IMG/VR virus record: IMGVR_UViG_3300020151_002484
Span: 1-48,063 of that record
Length of the DNA: 48,063 nucleotides
Reading direction: 5' to 3' (one strand)
Source of the DNA: a virus
Lineage: Duplodnaviria > Caudoviricetes
Every line of letters starts with the position of its first letter. Within the stretch, counting starts at the first letter, position 1. Position numbers and translations under genes: made by a program. The notes under the pieces were generated by a model that saw nothing but the letters and a program-made list of their open reading frames with translations, did not search any database and was not told the origin of the DNA. This document shows, in pieces, positions 37,115-45,789 of the stretch.

Positions 37115-38645
37115 TTTAGACGTATTATTTATTAGCCCCGGTAACGCTTCAGAAATTTACCAAGACTTAGCTAAAGATTATGCTTCAATAGAGACTCCAA
37201 CATGGGCTTTATTGTTAGCAGAATCTTGTAGATCAATTGGTCATAAAGTAGCTATTTTAGACATTAATGCTGAACGTATTAAAAACAGTGAATCAATTGA
37301 ACGTATTAAAGCCTACAATCCTAAATTTATTTGTTTTGTTGTTTATGGACAGAATGTAAATGCGGGTACAGTTAGTATGAGTGGAGCTGTTAAACTCTCT
37401 ACTGATATTAAAGAAGCAGGAATTAGTACTCCAATTGGTTTTATTGGTTCATATGTTCAAGCATTACCTAAAAAGACATTACTTGATGAACCATCAATTG
37501 ATATTGTGTTTATGAATGAGGGTGTATATTCATTAAGAAATGTATTATCGCAAGATATTATTGATCTTAATAATCTCAATCATATAAACGGTATAGCATG
37601 GCGTAAAAATGGTGAAATTACATTTAATGCCCCTGAAAAAGTAGTACCAACTGAAAGAATGGATATTGACTTACCAGGTTACGCTTGGGATTTATTACCA
37701 TTTAAAGAACGACCATTAGATTTATATAGAGCTCCTATGTGGCATGCCGAATATGATCTTGAAAAACGTTCTCCATATGCTGCGCTACAAACTTCATTAG
37801 GTTGTCAGTTTGGTTGTACATTTTGTATGATTAACATCTTAAACAGAGATGATAATGATGAAATCGGAGTTGCAGGTAATTACAGTAAAATGAGATTTTG
37901 GTCACCTGAGTTTATTATCAAAGAATTTGATAAGTTAATTGAAATGGGTATTGAAACAATTCGTATTGTAGATGAAATGTTCTTATTGAATAAAAAATAC
38001 TATGTTCCACTTTGTGAAATGTTAAAAGAAAGAGGATATGGTGATAAAGTAAGAATGTGGGCTTATTCAAGAGTAGATACAGTTACTGATCCTGAACGTT
38101 TAAAATTAGTACGTGAAGCAGGTATTAAGTGGTTATGTTTAGGTATTGAAAGCGCAGACCGAAATGTACGTTTAGAAGTATCTAAAGGTAAATTCCAAGA
38201 TGTTGATATTACTAAAGTAATTAAACAAGTACATGATGCAGGTATTGAGGTAATGGCTAATTATATTGTAGGCCTACCAGGTGATACGATGGAAACAATG
38301 CAAAAAACCCTTGACTTGTCTTTAGAATTAAATACAGCAGGTTGGAATACATATGCTGCAATGGCTCTACCTGGTAGTCAATTATATAAAACAGCATTAA
38401 TTAACGGATATGAATTACCAACAACTTATACAGGTTATTCATTCCATGCTTATGATACTGTACCAATGCCTACTGATACATTAACACCAGCACAAGTTCT
38501 TAAATTTAGAGATGATGCTTTTACAATTTATCATAATGATCCTAAATTTTTAGCTCGTATTGAAAGATTGTTTGGTAAACCAGCAGCGGACAATATTAAA
38601 GAAATGTCTAAAGTAAAACTAAAACGTAAACTTTTAGGCGATTAA
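37107..38645 (+). CDS. Cobalamin-binding radical SAM protein (class B methyltransferase-like)
   Basis: N-terminal B12-binding-like domain, CQFGCTFC (CxxxCxxC), DEMF, GIES, GLPGDT. Confidence 0.88.
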   Translation: MHNLDVLFISPGNASEIYQDLAKDYASIETPTWALLLAESCRSIGHKVAILDINAERIKNSESIERIKAYNPKFICFVVYGQNVNAGTVSMSGAVKLSTDIKEAGISTPIGFIGSYVQALPKKTLLDEPSIDIVFMNEGVYSLRNVLSQDIIDLNNLNHINGIAWRKNGEITFNAPEKVVPTERMDIDLPGYAWDLLPFKERPLDLYRAPMWHAEYDLEKRSPYAALQTSLGCQFGCTFCMINILNRDDNDEIGVAGNYSKMRFWSPEFIIKEFDKLIEMGIETIRIVDEMFLLNKKYYVPLCEMLKERGYGDKVRMWAYSRVDTVTDPERLKLVREAGIKWLCLGIESADRNVRLEVSKGKFQDVDITKVIKQVHDAGIEVMANYIVGLPGDTMETMQKTLDLSLELNTAGWNTYAAMALPGSQLYKTALINGYELPTTYTGYSFHAYDTVPMPTDTLTPAQVLKFRDDAFTIYHNDPKFLARIERLFGKPAADNIKEMSKVKLKRKLLGD

Positions 38646-38646
38646 T

Positions 38647-39384
38647 ATGAATCCAAACGAAGAAAAACTTAAAGTTACAAGCATGCCTATTAAAGGGTTC
38701 TTAGGGTTAATTGAAAATAACTACAAAGAAAACATGGTTGTTGCTGAAATAGGAACTTATGTAGGGGCTACAACTTCAGTAGCCGCTACATTAGTTAAAA
38801 AAATGAATGGTAAGTATTTAGCTATTGATTGGTTTAAAGGAAGTGAAGAAACAACCGGTGCTCATAAAGATGATACTTTAGATAATGAGTCTGTTTTAGA
38901 TATTTTTAAAAATAATATTAAAAAAGCTCAAGTAGATGATATTGTTGAAATATATAATATGACATCTTTAGAAGCTGCTAAAGTAATTCCTGATAAATCA
39001 ATTGATATTTGTTTTATAGATGCTGATCATAGATATGAAAATGTAAAAGCAGATATTTTAGCTTATTTGCCTAAAATCAAACCAGGAGGAATTATTTGTG
39101 GACATGATTTTGAAAAAGTAGGAGCATTTATTTACAATGATATCACAGAAGAAGAATTAAAACGTGATTTTGTTCACAAATATTCCCATAGTGAAAACAT
39201 AATAGTTGAAAAATATAATGAAACAGTTATCGATCAAAGAAAAACACACGATTATTTTAGTTTATTTTGGTTTCATCCTGGAGTTATAAAGTCTGTAGGT
39301 GAAATATTTAACTTTGATTTTGTTTATTTACATGATGATAATGTTTGGGCAGTAACAGACATAAAAAAAGCACTTAAAAAATAA
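38647..39384 (+). CDS. Class I SAM-dependent methyltransferase
   Basis: EIGTYVGAT, FIDADHRYE, GGIICGHD. Confidence 0.88.
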   Translation: MNPNEEKLKVTSMPIKGFLGLIENNYKENMVVAEIGTYVGATTSVAATLVKKMNGKYLAIDWFKGSEETTGAHKDDTLDNESVLDIFKNNIKKAQVDDIVEIYNMTSLEAAKVIPDKSIDICFIDADHRYENVKADILAYLPKIKPGGIICGHDFEKVGAFIYNDITEEELKRDFVHKYSHSENIIVEKYNETVIDQRKTHDYFSLFWFHPGVIKSVGEIFNFDFVYLHDDNVWAVTDIKKALKK

Positions 39385-40559
39385 TGAATAATTTTTATTT
39401 ACCTTTAATGAGTGATAACATTGATAAGGAAGATGTTAACGCATTAATTGACTTCTTAAGTCAAGACCAAATTCCTAAATTAACTAACGGACCTAAAGTT
39501 ATTGAGTTTGAAAATGCTTGGGGTGAATGGTTAGGTACTAAATATAACCTTATGATTAATTCAGGAGCATCAGCAAATGAATTAACTATGCTAGCCTTGA
39601 ATTATATTCATGGTGAAGGTGAAATTATTGTACCACCACTTACTTGGATTTCAGATATTTCATCTGTTGTCTTTAGTGGTATGAAACCTGTATTTTGTGA
39701 TATCAATTTAAAGAATTTTTCATTTGATATTGAGAAATTAAAACAAGTTATCACTCCAAATACAAGAGCAATATTTTTAACTCACGTACTTGGTGTTAAT
39801 GGATTAACAGACGAACTAATTCAATTATGTAATGAAAATAACATTTTGTTGATTGAGGACGTTTGTGAATCTCATGGTACAACATTTAAAGGACAAAAAG
39901 TAGGTACTTATGGTTTTGCAAGTAATTTTAGTTTCTATTTTGCACATCATATGTCTACTATTGAAGGTGGAATGATTTGTACTAATGATGAAAAATTCTA
40001 TCAAGTATGTAGAGCATTACGTTCTCATGGTATGATGAGGGAAATGACTAATAATGAAATGAAACAAGAAATTATTGATGCTAATCCTGATTTAAATCCT
40101 GACTTTATTTTTATTCGTCCAGCTCATAACTTCAGAAGTACTGAATTAAATGCTGTTATTGGTTTGTCTCAAATTAAAAAATTAGATTCAAATAATTTAC
40201 ATCGTGTTGATAACTTTAAGTACTTTATGGAACGTTTAGATTCAACTAAATATCATACTGATATTGAAATGGATGGACAGTGTAATTATGCTTTTATAGT
40301 TGTACTAAAAGATGGTGATTTTGAATTTAGAAATAAAGTAGAATCAACACTACGTGAAAACGGAATTGAATTTAGACGTGGCTTATCAGGGGGAGGTAAT
40401 CAATTAAGACAACCTTGGTTTAAGAAACACTACAACATTGATCATTCCCAATTCCCTAATATGGATCATGTTCATCATTTTGGTTGGTATGTTGGAAATT
40501 ATCCTTCATTAGAAAGAGAAAAAATTAATACCCTAATTACCGTATTAAATGGACTTTAA
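39384..40559 (+). CDS. PLP-dependent DegT-family enzyme, ColD/DdhC-type NDP-4-keto-6-deoxyhexose 3-dehydratase
   Basis: NSGASAN, EDVCESHG, SFYFAHHMSTIEGG (His in place of the Schiff-base Lys), RSHG. Confidence 0.85.
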   Translation: MNNFYLPLMSDNIDKEDVNALIDFLSQDQIPKLTNGPKVIEFENAWGEWLGTKYNLMINSGASANELTMLALNYIHGEGEIIVPPLTWISDISSVVFSGMKPVFCDINLKNFSFDIEKLKQVITPNTRAIFLTHVLGVNGLTDELIQLCNENNILLIEDVCESHGTTFKGQKVGTYGFASNFSFYFAHHMSTIEGGMICTNDEKFYQVCRALRSHGMMREMTNNEMKQEIIDANPDLNPDFIFIRPAHNFRSTELNAVIGLSQIKKLDSNNLHRVDNFKYFMERLDSTKYHTDIEMDGQCNYAFIVVLKDGDFEFRNKVESTLRENGIEFRRGLSGGGNQLRQPWFKKHYNIDHSQFPNMDHVHHFGWYVGNYPSLEREKINTLITVLNGL

Positions 40560-41028
40560 AAAATATATTACAGAGACCCCTGACTTTCCAAAACCAGGGG
40601 TTTCTTTTAAAGATATTTCCCCATTACTAAAATCAACTTGGCTACCTTATGCCATTCATAATATGAAGGGGTTAGTTGAACATCCTGATTATTGGGTAGG
40701 AATTGATTCAAGAGGATTTATATTCGCTTCAGCAATTGCTGCCTCTAATGGTGGAGGGTTTATAATGTGTAGGAAAAAAGGTAAATTACCACCTCCTGTA
40801 GTTAGTCAAACATATTCTTTAGAGTATGGGGAAGATACTTTAGAAATGCAACCTGGAACAGGTAAAGTAGTAATTGTAGATGATGTTTATGCTACTGGTG
40901 GTACAATGAATGCTGTAGAACAGCTGTGTATTAAAGCAGGTTATGAAGTAATTGATAAATTAGTATTAATTGATTTGAAATACCTTCATGAATCTAATAA
41001 TGTTAAAAGTCTAATTCAATATGAGTAA
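40549..41028 (+). CDS. apt: Adenine phosphoribosyltransferase
   Basis: PDFPKPGVSFKDISPLL, SRGF, RKKGKLP, YSLEYG, VDDVYATGGT. Confidence 0.95.
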   Translation: MDFKKYITETPDFPKPGVSFKDISPLLKSTWLPYAIHNMKGLVEHPDYWVGIDSRGFIFASAIAASNGGGFIMCRKKGKLPPPVVSQTYSLEYGEDTLEMQPGTGKVVIVDDVYATGGTMNAVEQLCIKAGYEVIDKLVLIDLKYLHESNNVKSLIQYE

Positions 41029-41572
41029 AAAAGTAATTATTGTTGCTTCACCTTTAGAAACAGGTTTAGCAAATGATGTAAATGGATACCCTATAATTTA
41101 TAGTGGTGTTGGTAAAATTAATGCTACAATAGCTGCTTATAAAGCATTTACTGAAGGGTATGATGAAATAATTAATATTGGATCATGCGGTTCATTAAAA
41201 CTTGAACGTGGGGATATAATTAATGTTGGATTAGTTTATCAAGATATTGATGCTACTCCATTAAGTAATTATGGTCATACACCTTTTGAATCAAATTCTT
41301 ATCAAATTATTGCAAACCGTCTTTCTGATTTAACTTGTTTTACCACAGATTATTTCGTAGATTTACAACAATTAGAAAAATATTCACCATCTTATATTAG
41401 TATGATACATAGGTGTGACTGTTTTGATATGGAGTGTTTTGCTATTGCTAAAGTAGCTAAACGTTTTAATATCAAATTCAAAGCATACAAATGGGTTTCA
41501 GACAATGGAGGTGATGTGAGTTGGGAAGAAAATTGTAAAATTGGTTTTGATAAAGTAAAAGAATTAGTATGA
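41021..41572 (+). CDS. MTA/SAH/5'-deoxyadenosine nucleosidase-like protein (PNP/UDP superfamily)
   Basis: SGVGKINA, INIGSCG, DME, VSD. Confidence 0.82.
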   Translation: MSKKVIIVASPLETGLANDVNGYPIIYSGVGKINATIAAYKAFTEGYDEIINIGSCGSLKLERGDIINVGLVYQDIDATPLSNYGHTPFESNSYQIIANRLSDLTCFTTDYFVDLQQLEKYSPSYISMIHRCDCFDMECFAIAKVAKRFNIKFKAYKWVSDNGGDVSWEENCKIGFDKVKELV

Positions 41573-41757
41573 CCTATACAGAGCTATTTAAATATAAACA
41601 TAAAACATATGGTTGGATTGCTCGCAACAACGGAATGATGGGAACAGATGTATTTCAATATTTTAATACAGTAACAAATTTATACGAATTCACTAAAGAA
41701 GAAGTATTAGCCCATAGTCAAGATTGGATTCAGTTAAAGTATAATGATCAAGAATAA
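41569..41757 (+). CDS. Hypothetical protein
   Basis: 62-aa ORF translationally coupled at both ends. Confidence 0.6.
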   Translation: MTYTELFKYKHKTYGWIARNNGMMGTDVFQYFNTVTNLYEFTKEEVLAHSQDWIQLKYNDQE

Positions 41758-42491
41758 TGCCAACCGCTAAGTTATATCATATTTTAGACGAAACACCTAC
41801 AACTAAACGTTTCTTTTTTGAAGCTATTGATTTGGAAAAATTAAATTTTATTCCTGGTCAATTTATTTCATTTGAATTTCCTATACATGAAAAACCATCA
41901 AAACGAGTAAGACATTTTTCAATTGCTAGTTGCCCAAATGATAATAATTTATTTGAAGTAGTAATTGTTAAAAAAGAAGGTGGGGCAGGTACTGAATGGT
42001 TATGGAAACAAGAAATTGGAGTTGAAATACCATTTACAGGACCATCAGGTATTATGGTTATGGATGAAAATAAAGTAAAAAACCACATATTCATTTGTAC
42101 TGGTACTGGAGTAGGACCATTTAGAAGTATGCTTTGGGACATTCATAACAACAACATTCCTACAGGTGATTTAATTATGGTGTTTGGTACTCGTGATAAA
42201 CAAAGTATGCTTTATGTTGATGATATGTTGAAATTGGAAGAAAGTTTACCTCAAATGAAATATTTACCTATTTTATCTCGTGAAGAAATAAATGGTAAAC
42301 AAGGATATGTTCATAAAGTATACACTGAAGTAGTAAATGATTATTTTAAACAAATGGAAGAAGGTAAATACAATGATTTAGATTGTGTGTTCTACATTTG
42401 TGGATGGAAGGATATGGTTAAGGAAGCTAGAACCAATTTAATGGCTATGGGTTTTGATAAAAAACAAATTAAACAAGAAATTTATGAGTAA
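41757..42491 (+). CDS. FAD/NAD(P)-binding oxidoreductase (ferredoxin-NADP reductase family)
   Basis: PGQF, RHFSIAS, GPSG, TGTGVGPF, YICG, terminal EIYE. No 2Fe-2S domain. Confidence 0.9.
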   Translation: MPTAKLYHILDETPTTKRFFFEAIDLEKLNFIPGQFISFEFPIHEKPSKRVRHFSIASCPNDNNLFEVVIVKKEGGAGTEWLWKQEIGVEIPFTGPSGIMVMDENKVKNHIFICTGTGVGPFRSMLWDIHNNNIPTGDLIMVFGTRDKQSMLYVDDMLKLEESLPQMKYLPILSREEINGKQGYVHKVYTEVVNDYFKQMEEGKYNDLDCVFYICGWKDMVKEARTNLMAMGFDKKQIKQEIYE

Positions 42492-43266
42492 TCTCAAAAA
42501 AGAAGAATTTAAACAATTTAACGTTTTAGTTATAGGAGATACTTGCATCGATGAATTTGTATATGGTTCAGCATTTCGTTTGGCACCTGAAGCACCGGTT
42601 CCAGTATTTAATCCTGTTTATGAGGAAACAAATAAGGGAATGGCAGGTAATGTAGTTGCTAATTTACAAGCATTAGGTATTAATACTATTTTTGTTAGTA
42701 ATAATGAAGATGTAGTAAAAACTAGATATGTTGATGATAGATCAGGTCAAATACTACTCCGCGTAGATAAAAATGATAAAGTCAATAGAATATCAGAACA
42801 AACACTCAAAGGAATTAAAGGAAATGAGTACATGTTTCTAAAAATAGATGCTATTATTATAAGTGATTATGATAAAGGATTTTTAGATGAAGAAGATATT
42901 CAATGGATTTGTGAAAATAACACTAATGTGTTTATTGATACTAAAAAAATACTAGATACTTGGTGTACTAAGGCCTCATTTATTAAAATCAATCACGTTG
43001 AATATGAGCACACAGAATACAGTTTAAAAGATTTAAACATTGAAGATAAATTAGTAGTCACATTATCTAATAAAGGATGCCAATATAAAGGTAAATTATT
43101 TCCTGTTGAAAAAGTCCAAATTAAAGACGTTTCAGGAGCAGGAGATACATTCCTATCAGGTTTAGTAGCAGAGTATACTTTAACTCAAAATATAGAAAAA
43201 GCAATTTTATTTGCACAACAATGTGCAACAGTAGTAGTACAAAAACAAGGAGTAGCAACAATATGA
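42484..43266 (+). CDS. PfkB-family sugar kinase, HldE/RfaE kinase domain (heptose-7-phosphate kinase-like)
   Basis: VIGD..IDEF.YG...RLAPEAPVPV, GMAGNV, KTR, SDYDKG, DVSGAGDTF. ATG 42484 preferred as start. Confidence 0.88.
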   Translation: MSNLKKEEFKQFNVLVIGDTCIDEFVYGSAFRLAPEAPVPVFNPVYEETNKGMAGNVVANLQALGINTIFVSNNEDVVKTRYVDDRSGQILLRVDKNDKVNRISEQTLKGIKGNEYMFLKIDAIIISDYDKGFLDEEDIQWICENNTNVFIDTKKILDTWCTKASFIKINHVEYEHTEYSLKDLNIEDKLVVTLSNKGCQYKGKLFPVEKVQIKDVSGAGDTFLSGLVAEYTLTQNIEKAILFAQQCATVVVQKQGVATI

Positions 43267-44942
43267 TAACACATAAAATAGAATCAATCGGTGATGTATC
43301 ATTTCATGAGGATTTTAATCCAGATACATTCAAATTTAGACATGAAAAATTTTCAGAAATTATTCCTGAAGGTTCGGTAGCATTGGATATTGGAGCACAC
43401 GTAGGTACATTTGGTTTAGTATTTGCAAGTTGTGTTGGTAAAGAAGGTAAAGTAATTGCTTTTGAACCTAATCCAAAAACATATAATGTTATGTTAGAAA
43501 ATATTAAAAACAATCCTAATTTTAATATTGACGCTCATAATTTAGCATGTACTAGTGAAACCAAAAAATATACTTTTAATTATTCAGACCCAACCATTTA
43601 TAATAATGGAATGAATGGAGGTTATTTTGATGAATTAAAACATGGTAATCAAATAAAACAATTCCATTCATATAAAGTTGAAGTTGATGGTGTTAATACA
43701 ACTGATTTTTTAAATGAAAAATATGGAGAGTTAGTTGATAAAATTAAATTTATTAAAACAGACACTGAAGGATTAGACAAAGAAGTACTTAAAACATTAG
43801 CCCCTATTATTAAAGCAAACAAACCAGTATTAATGGTAGAAGCGTTTGTTAGTTTAACTGATGAGGAAGTAGAAGATTATTATAATGTTTTAAAATCATT
43901 TGATTATGAAATTTATGATGTATCACCTTTAGATAATAAAACAGATTGTACAGGCCCCTTAACTAAAGAAGAATTTGGTCATTACATTCATAAAGTAGTT
44001 GATAATGGTAATTTCTTTTGTTTCCATAAAGATGAAGTACATAAGTATAATTTACCAATTACAGTACCTGGTAAAACAGCTGTAGTTATTTTTGGTAGAA
44101 ATGATGGATATAAAGAAAAAGAACGATTTGCTATTCATTTAACTACAATGTTGGAGGCATTTGATGAAGTAATTTATGTTGACTGGAATTCACCAAACTA
44201 TAGTTTCTTATATGAAGTTATGGATATGATTCCTCATACTGGTAGATTAAAACATTATGCTATTCCTCCTGAGTATGCTACTATGATGGCTATGAATGAT
44301 GAAAAAGCACAAGTATGTAATACTGTATTAGCGTTTAATTTAGGTATGAGACGTACTGATGCTGAATGGATTGTATTAGCTACTACTGATATTATTCCTC
44401 CTACTAAAGAAGCATTAAATGAGTTTATATCTAAATCAAATAAAAATGCAATGTATACATTTAGTAGACGAGACATTGAGTATGATGATGTAATTGCTAA
44501 TTTAGATAATTTAGATGAATACAGAAAACATTTAGACCAAACTACTGAACCTCGTATATTCCCAGCTCAAGTAACTCCTAATGATCGCTGGAGTATATTT
44601 AACTGTTGTGGGGATTTTCAATTAGCAACTAAAAATCTTTGGTATAAAATTAGAGGATATGAGGAACCCATGTTGTATGCTTGTTTTGTAGATACTAATG
44701 CTCAGAAGAAAGCTACATTATATGGGTTTGAATTAATTCCTATTTATGATGTTCCTTTATATCATATGTCTCATAAAGGTATGTCTAATGATGGTTCATC
44801 ACCTTCAAAACAATTTTATAATGATGCTTGGGATTGGGTAGAAACATTTGATAAGTATTTAGATCATGACCATATAATGTATTCACGTAATGCTGATACT
44901 TGGGGATTTTCAAATATTGAAATTGAACATGAAACTATTTAA
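43263..44942 (+). CDS. FkbM-family methyltransferase fused to a putative glycosyltransferase domain
   Basis: N-half has LDIGAHVG, AFEPNP, IKTDTEG. C-half has GRNDGY, VDWNS, FNLGMRR, TTDII, GDFQL, GYEE, H. ATG 43263 preferred as start. Confidence 0.8.
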   Translation: MITHKIESIGDVSFHEDFNPDTFKFRHEKFSEIIPEGSVALDIGAHVGTFGLVFASCVGKEGKVIAFEPNPKTYNVMLENIKNNPNFNIDAHNLACTSETKKYTFNYSDPTIYNNGMNGGYFDELKHGNQIKQFHSYKVEVDGVNTTDFLNEKYGELVDKIKFIKTDTEGLDKEVLKTLAPIIKANKPVLMVEAFVSLTDEEVEDYYNVLKSFDYEIYDVSPLDNKTDCTGPLTKEEFGHYIHKVVDNGNFFCFHKDEVHKYNLPITVPGKTAVVIFGRNDGYKEKERFAIHLTTMLEAFDEVIYVDWNSPNYSFLYEVMDMIPHTGRLKHYAIPPEYATMMAMNDEKAQVCNTVLAFNLGMRRTDAEWIVLATTDIIPPTKEALNEFISKSNKNAMYTFSRRDIEYDDVIANLDNLDEYRKHLDQTTEPRIFPAQVTPNDRWSIFNCCGDFQLATKNLWYKIRGYEEPMLYACFVDTNAQKKATLYGFELIPIYDVPLYHMSHKGMSNDGSSPSKQFYNDAWDWVETFDKYLDHDHIMYSRNADTWGFSNIEIEHETI

Positions 44943-44953
44943 TACTTATTATT

Positions 44954-45112
44954 ATGATATTTAAGTTTTATAATCGAAACAACAAAGATAAAGAAACAAT
45001 CGGTCGTGTAGTTACTACTTCAAGGTTACAAGCAGCTAAAATGTTTGCTGAACGTAAACAATTACCCCTAAAAGAATTTTTAAAAATATTTGGTGTAACA
45101 ACTATCCTATGA
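44954..45112 (+). CDS. Small hypothetical protein, 52 aa (not in ORF track)
   Basis: MIFKFYNRNNKDKETIGRVVTTSRLQAAKMFAERKQLPLKEFLKIFGVTTIL. ATGA overlap with the next gene. Confidence 0.7.
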   Translation: MIFKFYNRNNKDKETIGRVVTTSRLQAAKMFAERKQLPLKEFLKIFGVTTIL

Positions 45113-45489
45113 AAAACTTTGGTAAAAATTTAAAAATAGAACCTAAGAAAAAAGGTATAAGTGAAAAAGAATTATTTATAGATATTATAAATGTTTTTGA
45201 TGAATGTAATCAGCGTACTGAGGATTTAGAGGAAACGTATATGATGGGCATTTCTAATTACGATGAGGCCTTCTATTTAATGATTGAGAACTTGCTTTAT
45301 ATACACTATGGTGAGTGGAAAACCGATATTATACTATGGTGGGTGTATGATAGATTTGGACCTGAAGGTGAAATTATGCCTATTGAATTAAACGATCATG
45401 ATACTAATTCCAAAGAATCAGTTGTTGTTGAAACAGCAGAACAATTATGGTCATTTTTAAAACAAATTGATAAATTAGAAAGTAAATAA
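45109..45489 (+). CDS. Hypothetical protein
   Basis: 126-aa acidic ORF. Confidence 0.7.
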   Translation: MKNFGKNLKIEPKKKGISEKELFIDIINVFDECNQRTEDLEETYMMGISNYDEAFYLMIENLLYIHYGEWKTDIILWWVYDRFGPEGEIMPIELNDHDTNSKESVVVETAEQLWSFLKQIDKLESK

Positions 45490-45492
45490 GTT

Positions 45493-45789
45493 ATGAGAAA
45501 TTGTACAGGATGTGGTGAACCAATTCACCCAAAACGACTAGAAATTATGCCTAACACAACTCGTTGTGTTGCATGTTCAACAGTACAGAAAAAAGGAGCA
45601 GTAACCATTATGAAGGGTGAAGGTGACCATACTTGGATTGAAACAATTCATTTGGAACATGATGATTTTGTAAAATATATGGAAGCAGAAAAGAAAATTA
45701 AACATATTTCTGAATTAGATGCCCCTGCAGATTCAGATGTACCGTTTGGGTTTAGTGAAACTAAATTAGATAAAGACATAGATGCCTAA
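45493..45789 (+). CDS. DksA/TraR C4-type zinc-finger protein
   Basis: CTGCGEPIHPKRLEIMPNTTRCVAC. Confidence 0.85.
   Translation: MRNCTGCGEPIHPKRLEIMPNTTRCVACSTVQKKGAVTIMKGEGDHTWIETIHLEHDDFVKYMEAEKKIKHISELDAPADSDVPFGFSETKLDKDIDA

Noticed and set aside
39384-40559. Sugar aminotransferase (DegT/PerA)
   Set aside because: The Schiff-base Lys position is His (AHH), diagnostic of 3-dehydratases.
2761-43262. Longer N-terminal extensions in the ORF track (starts 2761, 8514, 13973, 20152, 29504, 42454, 43221)
   Set aside because: They overlap promoters or upstream genes. Downstream ATGs (2779, 8565, 14060, 20170, 29528, 42484, 43263) fit the domain starts and coupling better.
2610-44476. All minus-strand ORFs in the track (e.g. 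2610..2822, 6898..7227, 7662..8021, 21653..21883, 41858..42142)
   Set aside because: They are short, lie opposite well-supported + strand genes and have no recognisable motifs: antisense shadows.
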